Origin: an uncultured Verrucomicrobiae bacterium
Lineage (GTDB): Bacteria; Verrucomicrobiota; Verrucomicrobiia; Limisphaerales; UBA11358
Assembly: GCA_963802515.1 (NCBI GenBank)
Contig: CAWDIX010000002.1
Location: 1,232,418-1,296,417 of the forward strand
Length of the DNA: 64,000 nucleotides
Direction: 5' to 3'
Shown: positions 30,742 to 38,565 of the stretch, one piece after another
Position numbering within the stretch: position 1 is the first letter of the stretch
Layout: every line of letters begins with the position of its first letter
Position numbers and translations under genes: made by a program
Notes under the pieces: generated by a model
What the model saw: the letters and a program-made list of their open reading frames with translations, nothing else
Database searches by the model: none
Told to the model about the DNA's origin: nothing

Positions 30742-31830
30742 TTAAAACTGTTTCAAAAACCGCACGTCATTTTCGTAAAAGAGGCGGATGTCGTTGATGC
30801 CGTAGCGAATCATGGCGATGCGTTCGATGCCGAAGCCGAACGCCCAGCCGGTCCAGATTTCCGGGTCGTAACCGACGTTCTCGAACACCTGCGGATGCAC
30901 CATGCCGCAGCCGGCGATTTCCAGCCAGTCCTTGCCCATCTTCTTCACGAGCGCGTTGCTGAAATCAATCTCGAAGCTCGGCTCGGTGTAGCTGAAATAA
31001 TGCGGACGGAACCGGATCTTACGTCGCTCGCCGAGCAGTTCCTTGAAGACAAATTCCACCGTGCCTTTGAGGTCGCCGACGGTGACGTTTTTGTCCACGT
31101 AAAGCCCTTCGATCTGCTGGAAGGTCGGATTGTGCGTGGCGTCGGCGTTGTCGCGGCGATAGACGCGGCCCGGCACGATGATGCGCACGGGCGGCGGCTG
31201 CGATTTCATCACGCGGATTTGGACGGAACTGGTGTGAGTTCGGAGCAAGAAGTGATTTGCCCGCACGGCCCTCACGCGCTGGCGCCTCTCCCGCTCCCGC
31301 GGGCGAGGGAGACGAGCGTCTCCCGGAGCCGGCAAGCATGGCGCGATGCCAAGATAGAACGTGTCCTGGGTATCGCGGGCGGGATGGTCGGCGGGGGTGT
31401 TGAGCGCGTCGAAACAATGGTATTCGTCCTCGATCTCCGGGCCGTCGGCGACGACGAAACCGATTTTGCGAAAGCTGCGGACGATGTCCTCGGTCACCTG
31501 CGTGAGCGGATGGAGCTTGCCGAGGGCACGGCGGCGTCCGGGCAGGGTGAAATCGGTCGGCTCCTTGGGCAGCGCGGCCGCCAGTTCGAGTTCGGCGCGG
31601 CGTTCGGCGAGTGCGGCTTCGAGTTCGATCTTGGCGGCGTTGATGAGCTTGCCGGCGGCGGGTTTTTCCTCCTTCGACAGCGTGCCGAGCTGTTTCATCA
31701 GCGCGGTGAACTTGCCGTGCGGCGCCAGTCCAGCGCCCTTGGTCTGTTCAAGCGCGGCGAGGTCGGGAGCGGCTTTCAAGTCCGCGAGCGCGGCTTGCTT
31801 GAACGGTTCAATGTCGTTCAGCAAAGACAT
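30742..31830 (-). CDS. pheS: Phenylalanine-tRNA ligase alpha subunit with in-frame palindromic insertion
   Basis: HPARDTQDTFY, LRTHTS, DATHNPTFQQIEG, YTEPSFE and GFGIER. Confidence 0.95.
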   Translation of the reverse strand: MSLLNDIEPFKQAALADLKAAPDLAALEQTKGAGLAPHGKFTALMKQLGTLSKEEKPAAGKLINAAKIELEAALAERRAELELAAALPKEPTDFTLPGRRRALGKLHPLTQVTEDIVRSFRKIGFVVADGPEIEDEYHCFDALNTPADHPARDTQDTFYLGIAPCLPAPGDARLPRPRERERRQRVRAVRANHFLLRTHTSSVQIRVMKSQPPPVRIIVPGRVYRRDNADATHNPTFQQIEGLYVDKNVTVGDLKGTVEFVFKELLGERRKIRFRPHYFSYTEPSFEIDFSNALVKKMGKDWLEIAGCGMVHPQVFENVGYDPEIWTGWAFGFGIERIAMIRYGINDIRLFYENDVRFLKQF

Positions 31831-31841
31831 AACTGGATTTT

Positions 31842-31917
31842 AGCCGCAAAAAGGCGCAAAAGTCACAAAAGAAATATTCGGAACATTTTTGCCCGCTTTG
31901 TGCGTTTTTGCGGCCAT
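31842..31917. repeat. Imperfect inverted repeat of about 9-nt units upstream of pheS
   Basis: GCCGCAAAAAGGCGCAAAAGTCACAAAA ... TTTTGCCCGCTTTGTGCGTTTTTGCGGC. Confidence 0.6.
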
Positions 31918-31949
31918 AAAAAAAGGGCGGCCATTGCTGGCCGCCCGTT
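31918..31949 (-). terminator. Intrinsic terminator after rplT
   Basis: Minus strand GGGCGGCCA-GCAA-TGGCCGCCC followed by a T run. Confidence 0.85.
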
Positions 31950-31969
31950 GAGAAATGAGATTGGAATTT

Positions 31970-32353
31970 TCAGGCCTTCGCCAAAGTGGCAGCGGGCTTG
32001 GCCTTGAGCGCGTTCTTGGCGACGTTGACCAGTTCAGTAAACGCGGCGGCGTCGGTCGCGGCGAGGTCGGCCAGCACCTTGCGGTCGAGCGCGCATTTGG
32101 CGGCCTTGAGGCCTTCCATGAAGCGGCTGTAGGTCAGGCCGGCGGCGCGGGCGGCGGCGTTGATGCGGATCTGCCAGAGATAACGGAACGTGCGCTTTTT
32201 GCGTCGGCGATCGCGGTAGGCGTACTGGCGTCCATGGTCAACGGCGTCGGAGGCGTAGCGGTAAAGTTTCGAGCGGCGCATCCGGAAGCCTTTGGCGGCG
32301 GTGACCATCCGTTTGCGGCGTTTGCGGGAAGCTGGGGCGTTGGTAACACGCAT
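31970..32353 (-). CDS. rplT: 50S ribosomal protein L20
   Basis: YAYRDRRRKKRTFRYLWQIRINAA and LDRKVLADLA. Confidence 0.96.
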   Translation of the reverse strand: MRVTNAPASRKRRKRMVTAAKGFRMRRSKLYRYASDAVDHGRQYAYRDRRRKKRTFRYLWQIRINAAARAAGLTYSRFMEGLKAAKCALDRKVLADLAATDAAAFTELVNVAKNALKAKPAATLAKA

Positions 32354-32389
32354 GAGTAGTTGAGAGTTGAGGGTTGAAAGTTGAGGGCC

Positions 32390-32599
32390 TCAGTGGCTGA
32401 ACGGGAGGCTTTGGGTGATGCGATACATGTCGGTGGCATCCACCGTGGTGGTGCCGCGCAAGTCGCGGCGGCGCTTGGGGTTTTTGGTCTGGGCCAGGTG
32501 CCGGCGGCCGGCGCTGGAGCGCAGAACTTTGCCACCGGCCGTGATCTTGAAACGCTTGGCCACGGACTTTTTAGTTTTGATGCCTTTGGGACGTCGCAT
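32390..32599 (-). CDS. rpmI: 50S ribosomal protein L35
   Basis: KTKKSVAKRFKITAGGKV..GRRHL; ATG at 32599. Confidence 0.93.
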   Translation of the reverse strand: MRRPKGIKTKKSVAKRFKITAGGKVLRSSAGRRHLAQTKNPKRRRDLRGTTTVDATDMYRITQSLPFSH

Positions 32600-32737
32600 A
32601 AAATCTATATTGCAAAAGAGCGTGGAATATAGGTGGCCCCGCGCGCGGAAGCAAGCGATTTCTGAATCCAAATTGGTGCAGGTTTGAGAACCGGAGTTTT
32701 GGCCGCGCGGACGACGTTCCAGCGTTGGACGATGTCG

Positions 32738-35700
32738 CTAAGCAGCCGCCGATGCAAGCTGCGCCGCCATTTCGCGCACTTTGCGCAAATCCAGTTTGCC
32801 GGTGCCGAGCAGCGGGAAACTCTCCACGCTGAAAAACTGGTCGGCGCGCGGCTTCCAGAGATTCGGCAGGTCGCACTGCGCCAATTTCTCCAAACAAGGC
32901 GCCAGCGCGGCATCGGGCAATTTGTGCAGCACGACGAGCCGTTCGCCCTTTTTTTCGTCCGGCACACCGGCGACGAAGAAGGTCTGTTCGGTGGCATTGG
33001 CGAGTTCGTGCAATTTTTCCTCGACCTTGATGTGCGGCACCATTTCGCCGCCAATCTTGCTGAAGCGGCTCAGGCGGTCGGTGATTTGCAGAAACCCGTC
33101 CTCGTCAATCGCCGCGATATCGCCGGTGACGTACCAGCCGTCGCGCAACACCGCGGCGGTTTTTTCCGGTTGGCCGAGGTAACCCTGCATCACGTTCGGC
33201 CCGCGTACCAGCATCAGGCCGGGCTGGCCGAGCGGCAGATTTTCTCCGCTCCACGGATTTTCCGGGCTGACAATGCGCACGCTCACGCCCGGCAGCGGAT
33301 GGCCGATTTTCCCGCGTTTGGCGCCGATTTGCCGGAACCCGGCCGAGCGGAAATCGTGTGTGTTCACCGCCACCGCCGGCGCGCATTCGGTGCAGCCGTA
33401 GCCTTCGAGCGGGCGGATGCCGAAATGTTCCTCGAACGCCGACGCGAGCCGGTCGGGCAATTTTTCCGCCGCGGTCATCACGACGCGCAGGCTGCCAAAA
33501 TCCGCCGGCGCGCAACTGCGGAGGTACAGTTGCAGGAACGTCGGCGTGGCGAGCAGGAAGGTGAGCCGGCGATCGCGGACCAGCGGGCCGATGGCCTTCG
33601 CCTCGAGTGGATTCGGATGATAAACCATGCCCACGCCCAGCGTCGCCGACAGGCAGAGTGTGCCGGTAAACCCAAACGAATGAAAAAACGGCAGGATGCC
33701 CAGGAAACCATCCTGGTGGTTCAATCCGAACACCTGTTCGAGCTGCTCGATGTTCGAGCCGATGTTATAGTGGCTCAACCTCACACCTTTCGGGTCGCCG
33801 GTGCTGCCGCTCGAGAAAATCACGGTGGCCAGATCGTCCAGGCGGGTTTTTCTTTCCGCGCCCAGACATCGCTGCAACCAACGATCCGGCACGAGCCACG
33901 CGATGAGCGACGCGACGAGCTTCTCGCCCAGGCCGGGCCGGGCCGCCACTTCCTCCAGCAAGACGGTTTCGCAAGGCAATTTGAGCTTGAGCTTCTCCAG
34001 AAACACTTTCGCGGTGACGACGGTTTTGATGTCGCATTGCCGGATGCACGAGGCGAGGGTTTCTTCCGACACAGTGTAATTCAAATTTACCGGCACCTTG
34101 CCGAGCAGCATGGCGGCGTGATTGACGAGGGCGCCCGGCACCGACGGTGGCAGCAGCAGGCCGACCATCGTCTGGCCCGACCAGATCTTCCGCAATCGTC
34201 GCGCGAGGAAAATGGAGCGCACCAGCGCCGCGCCGAAGCTGACCCCGGCATTTTGTGCATCGGCCATCGCAAAGCGGAGCGGATGATTGCGCGCCGTGTT
34301 GATGAAGGCGATGGGCAGCGGACGCATCCGCGCTTTGCGAGCCTGCCAGGCTTCAACGAGCAGTTCCTGCACCGCCGAGCGCACCTGGAAGGGCGTCGCC
34401 GTCGGCGGAAGCGGTTTGCCATAGTTGACCGTGATGGGATACGGAAAACGCCGCGGCAATTTCCAGAGGAATCGGCCCTTATGAAAGCTGAAGATGCTGC
34501 CCCACACGCCGTCAAGGCCCACCGGAATGATCGGCGCCTCCAGGTCATTCATGATGCGCTCGAAGCCGCGCCGGAAAGGCAGCAGATGGCCAATGCGCGT
34601 GATTTGGCCCTCGGCGAAAATGCAGACGACTTCGCCGGCCCGGATCGCGTCGCTGGCGGTTTGCAATGACTGGAGCATTTCGCGCGGACGTTGTTCGGAG
34701 GAAATGGGAATCACGCCGAGGATGCGCGCGAACGGCTTCATCCAGGCCTGTTCGTAAATGTCCTTGAACATCAGAAACCGCACCGGCCGGTCGGTGGAGG
34801 CTATGAGCAGCAAAGCGTCCACCCAGGAAACGTGGTTGCAGACGAACAGCGCGCCGCCTTTGGCCGGGATGTGGTCGCGCCCGACGACGCGAATCCGGTA
34901 AAACGAATGGGTTGCGCACCAGAGCAAAAACCGCAGCAGCGCGTCCGGCAGCAGAAACAAAACGTAGATGGCGCCCGCCAGCGTCAGCAAGCCGCCGAAC
35001 AAAAATATTCCGACCGGCGACAGGCCCGCAACGTCCGCCAGCAAGTAATACGCGCCGGACGCGAGAAAGATGCCGACGAACGACATCAGGTTTGCCGCGG
35101 CCAGGACCTCCCCTTTCTTCGCCGGGTCCGGCCGGTGCTGCAGCAACGCCGCGATGGGCACGATGAAAAAGCCGCCGGTGAATCCGAGCAACGACAGCCG
35201 GACGAGCGCAGCGCTCACCGGCAAACCGGGCACGGACAGCCAGATGGAAACCAGCGACATGCCGAAGGCGCCGAGCGGAACAAGGCCGTATTCGATTTTC
35301 CCGCCGGAAAGGTAGCCCGCCGCAACGCTGCCGAGACCGATGCCGAGCGCGAGGGCAATGCTCAACTGGCCGATGCCGATCTGGTCCAGATGCAGGATTT
35401 CCGCGCCATAAAAAAACACATTCAATTGCAGCAACTGGCCCAGGAAGAAGAAGTACGTGTTGCCGAGAAAGGCCAGGGTGAGCGGCCGGTCGCGGCGAAC
35501 CAGCCGGAGTTGCGCGAACAAATCGTGGAGAAAATTCGCGCGGAATTTCCGGCCGGGATCAGCGGCCGGCACGCGGGTGATGCCGAGGCACGTGAAGAAG
35601 CCGATGACGGCGAGCGCCATCAAAATGATTCCCGACCAGGCTTGATGTCCGTGAAAGTGTTTCGACATCCGGGCCGCCGCGACGGTGCCGAGGATGATGG

Positions 35701-36208
35701 CCATGAACGTGCCGAGTTCAATCAGGCCGTTGCCCCAGGATAATTTCCGTTCCGGCAACAGCTCCGGCAGGAGGCCATATTTGGAGGGACCGAAGAACGA
35801 ACTGTGGACCCCCATCAAAAACACGCAGCCGAGCAGCACCGGAATCTGGTTCCACCAGAAGCCCGCGAGCGCAGCGAGCATCACGCCCATTTCAAAAATC
35901 TTCACGCCCACGCTGATGGTCCGCTTGCTGAAGCGGTCGGCAAAAAAACCACCCGCCATGGAAAACAGGATGAAGGGCAATGAAAACAGGGCGGTGACGA
36001 GTTCGCCGACGCGATGCAATTCGGCGGTGGACACGTTCATGCCGAGGATCATGAAAACCACGAGCCATTTCAGGACGTTGTCGCTGAGCGCGCCCTGGAA
36101 TTGCGTGACCAGGAGCGCCCAGAAGCCGCGCAAGCGGTCGGGGGCGTCCGGGGTCCGGGGGGCGGGATCTGAGGTCGCGGATGCGGTCACAGCCTCCAAG
36201 CTAACCAT
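32738..36208 (-). CDS. MFS + acyltransferase + acyl-ACP synthetase fusion (LplT-Aas type)
   Basis: TQFQGALSDN MFS start, NHVSWVD, FAEG, FSSGSTGDPKGV, EGYGCTE and TGD. Confidence 0.92.
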   Translation of the reverse strand: MVSLEAVTASATSDPAPRTPDAPDRLRGFWALLVTQFQGALSDNVLKWLVVFMILGMNVSTAELHRVGELVTALFSLPFILFSMAGGFFADRFSKRTISVGVKIFEMGVMLAALAGFWWNQIPVLLGCVFLMGVHSSFFGPSKYGLLPELLPERKLSWGNGLIELGTFMAIILGTVAAARMSKHFHGHQAWSGIILMALAVIGFFTCLGITRVPAADPGRKFRANFLHDLFAQLRLVRRDRPLTLAFLGNTYFFFLGQLLQLNVFFYGAEILHLDQIGIGQLSIALALGIGLGSVAAGYLSGGKIEYGLVPLGAFGMSLVSIWLSVPGLPVSAALVRLSLLGFTGGFFIVPIAALLQHRPDPAKKGEVLAAANLMSFVGIFLASGAYYLLADVAGLSPVGIFLFGGLLTLAGAIYVLFLLPDALLRFLLWCATHSFYRIRVVGRDHIPAKGGALFVCNHVSWVDALLLIASTDRPVRFLMFKDIYEQAWMKPFARILGVIPISSEQRPREMLQSLQTASDAIRAGEVVCIFAEGQITRIGHLLPFRRGFERIMNDLEAPIIPVGLDGVWGSIFSFHKGRFLWKLPRRFPYPITVNYGKPLPPTATPFQVRSAVQELLVEAWQARKARMRPLPIAFINTARNHPLRFAMADAQNAGVSFGAALVRSIFLARRLRKIWSGQTMVGLLLPPSVPGALVNHAAMLLGKVPVNLNYTVSEETLASCIRQCDIKTVVTAKVFLEKLKLKLPCETVLLEEVAARPGLGEKLVASLIAWLVPDRWLQRCLGAERKTRLDDLATVIFSSGSTGDPKGVRLSHYNIGSNIEQLEQVFGLNHQDGFLGILPFFHSFGFTGTLCLSATLGVGMVYHPNPLEAKAIGPLVRDRRLTFLLATPTFLQLYLRSCAPADFGSLRVVMTAAEKLPDRLASAFEEHFGIRPLEGYGCTECAPAVAVNTHDFRSAGFRQIGAKRGKIGHPLPGVSVRIVSPENPWSGENLPLGQPGLMLVRGPNVMQGYLGQPEKTAAVLRDGWYVTGDIAAIDEDGFLQITDRLSRFSKIGGEMVPHIKVEEKLHELANATEQTFFVAGVPDEKKGERLVVLHKLPDAALAPCLEKLAQCDLPNLWKPRADQFFSVESFPLLGTGKLDLRKVREMAAQLASAAA

Positions 36209-36301
36209 TCGGGCGGCAAATTGTGAATTGAAAAACTTTTAGCCGGCATTGCCTGACGCGATGGCGGAAGGCCGGAAATCACCTCCGTTTTTCATAATTT
36301 G

Positions 36302-36317
36302 TGGCATAAGCGGTGCT
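36302..36317 (+). promoter_or_regulatory. Candidate sigma-54 promoter of the response regulator
   Basis: TGGCATAAGCGGTGCT (GG-N10-GC), about 90 bp upstream of the ATG. Confidence 0.5.
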
Positions 36318-36408
36318 GCTAAAATGCACGCAAAGGCTGAGGGACAGCGCAAAAACAGGCGTTTTTGCGGGCGAATGCGTAAATGTGCTGACAACGAAGA
36401 ACCTGGAC

Positions 36409-36864
36409 ATGATTAAAGCTAAATCCATTCTATATATCGAAGACGACCCGGTCGTGCTGACAGCGTATCGCCAGCGTCTGGAGCGCGAGGGGTTTTCCGT
36501 CGAGTCGGCAAAAGACGGTTTGGAGGCGATGAGGATTCTGCTTCGGCTGGTCCCGGATTTGGTGCTGCTGGACCTGATGCTGCCCAGATTCGACGGCGGT
36601 GAGGTGCTCAAATTCATGCAGGCGAATCCCCGGCTCAAAGCCGTTCCCGTCATCATCCTTTCAACCAACTCGATTATTGATGCAGATGAGGAGTACGTTC
36701 TGGAAGTTGCCAGCCGACGCTTCATCAAAGGCCAGTGCACCTTTCCGATAGTGCTGGAAGCCGTTCGGCAATTGCTGGCGGAAATGCCGGCCAAGGACAA
36801 TGCCCTCACGGACGGTCAGACCGACGACAAGCCTCCAAAGAAACTGGTAAAAACAGCAGCCTGA
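36409..36864 (+). CDS. Single-domain response regulator
   Basis: ILYIEDD, PDLVLLDLMLP and PVIILS. Confidence 0.9.
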   Translation: MIKAKSILYIEDDPVVLTAYRQRLEREGFSVESAKDGLEAMRILLRLVPDLVLLDLMLPRFDGGEVLKFMQANPRLKAVPVIILSTNSIIDADEEYVLEVASRRFIKGQCTFPIVLEAVRQLLAEMPAKDNALTDGQTDDKPPKKLVKTAA

Positions 36865-37053
36865 GTGGCCCATCGGTTTTCCGTCCGGGCGACCTCCCAT
36901 CGCAGTTTCATCAGCCCTCGGCGGGATGAGCCATTCACGCACCCCGTTTTTCACTACGCCCGCGCAAGGTTTGCCGTCCACCAGCACTCCCTTGATTTGC
37001 GCGTGCTCGGAGGACGGCGCGACAACCTGCGTGGTGAATTCGCAGGCGAATTA

Positions 37054-37671
37054 CTATTGTGAGCCCGGGTAAGGCACGGTGGGAACCGAGTTGGTCTGGC
37101 GGATCAAAATGCCCGGCTTCTCGAAGAGTTCACCTTCGCCGAGATGCCTGAGCACGAACTTCTGCAGGTCGCGCGTGCCGGCGGTCAATACGATGCGGTC
37201 GTCTTCCTGATGATGGGCGAGGGTCTTCGGGTTCTTCTCCAGATATTTTTGCAGCCAATCGAAGTCAAAGAAGGCGAGTTTCAAATCCGGGTCGAACTGC
37301 GAGACGCGGACGAGCAGATGGCCGGGAAACATGGCAAATCCCACCAGGTCGGCCTGGTTCGTCGCGTAATCGCAATCGCGGGGAATGAGATCGAGGAAAT
37401 AATTCTGTTTCAGCACGAAGAGATGGGCATCGAATTGGCCTTGTTTGCCTTCGTTGTCAGTGACAGTAAGCTTGTAGGCATTGGTGCCCGACGGCTCAAA
37501 GTTCCAGACTGCCGGCTGGTCCTTACTGCTTACGCCTACACCTCGCCAGACTCCCGGCAGGCGCGTATCAAAAACAACGTCCTTGTTGGTGTAGAACGGA
37601 TTGACCGATGGAATGCAGGAGCACAGCAGCACAGCGGCGCCCGCGACGACAATGATGTTTCGGTTCTTCAT
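37054..37671 (-). CDS. Hypothetical lipoprotein (paralogue of 47606-48205)
   Basis: Lipobox LLCSC; shared motifs PFYTNKDVVFD, DWLQKYLEKNP and RIVLTA. Confidence 0.8.
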   Translation of the reverse strand: MKNRNIIVVAGAAVLLCSCIPSVNPFYTNKDVVFDTRLPGVWRGVGVSSKDQPAVWNFEPSGTNAYKLTVTDNEGKQGQFDAHLFVLKQNYFLDLIPRDCDYATNQADLVGFAMFPGHLLVRVSQFDPDLKLAFFDFDWLQKYLEKNPKTLAHHQEDDRIVLTAGTRDLQKFVLRHLGEGELFEKPGILIRQTNSVPTVPYPGSQ

Positions 37672-37723
37672 AATGGAATCCTTTTGTTGGTTAATGTGAT
37701 TTTGTTCCAGCAAAGTTGACATT

Positions 37724-38401
37724 TCAATTGCCGGCCCCGACTTCATTACGCGGCGTCGGATGCAGCCGTTTCCAGCGTTCCACAAAGAGATAGAACACCG
37801 CCGGCCCGAACGCGAACAGCATCACCGACACGCCCATCGTGAGGCCGATGAACGTCATGAAACCGGCGCAGCAGTAATTGCGGTATCGGGCCACAATGTG
37901 GGTTGGCACGGCAATCAACAATTCGAGAACACTTCCTTTGAGGAGCAGCCGGCATTGGCGCGAAACGATGTCCGTCGGCTCCATGCTGCGGCTCATGCGG
38001 AAGAAGACCAGCGCCCAGATGCACCAGGCCAGCACCCCCAGGGTGAGCGCAGTCCATCCGCTCCAGTTTCCCGAGCCCTGGTCGCGAAACAGAAATTCAT
38101 ACAACGAGAGGAATGCGCCAACAGCCAGGCCGCCGGCCATCAGGCCGCCCGCCAGAACCGTACGCCACACGGGACCGTGTGTGACAGGCCGCTGGTGGGC
38201 CACGCGCACCGGTACGGAAAGCAAAGCTACTTGGCTGAAAAACATCACCACCAGCCACAGCCAGTATGGCCAGCAAAAATAGGCGGCAAACGCCTGGCCC
38301 ACACCGATCTCCGGGACAAAAGCCAGCATTGCGACCGGCACCGTCAAGACGGCAAGAACCGCGATATACAAAGCTGCGACAGTTACTGCCCAGTTTTTCA
38401 T
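37724..38401 (-). CDS. Hypothetical 6-TM membrane protein
   Basis: Hydrophobic ORF with GSVLELLIAVPTHIVARYRNYCCA. Confidence 0.8.
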   Translation of the reverse strand: MKNWAVTVAALYIAVLAVLTVPVAMLAFVPEIGVGQAFAAYFCWPYWLWLVVMFFSQVALLSVPVRVAHQRPVTHGPVWRTVLAGGLMAGGLAVGAFLSLYEFLFRDQGSGNWSGWTALTLGVLAWCIWALVFFRMSRSMEPTDIVSRQCRLLLKGSVLELLIAVPTHIVARYRNYCCAGFMTFIGLTMGVSVMLFAFGPAVFYLFVERWKRLHPTPRNEVGAGN

Positions 38402-38565
38402 TCAAAGTCCTTTGGTTTGCTCTCATCAATCATTTTTGCACGGTTCCCGTTCCATCACCGGCCCGTCACATATCCAAAGCGGAATGGGCGGACAAAAGGG
38501 ATCAAATTTTTTGCGCTGGCCGAAGCCGGTTCGGATGTTAGAGTCATGGCCGGTTTCCGCGCCCG

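Noticed and set aside
32684-34669. Long antisense ORFs (for example 32684-34669, 38785-40644, 2051-3721, 386-1582)
   Set aside because: They are shadow frames of well-supported GC-rich genes on the opposite strand, with no recognisable motifs.
38475-38512. Minus-strand TGATCC...CCGC as a promoter for the ECF sigma
   Set aside because: It is a single instance, and I cannot support the consensus from this window.
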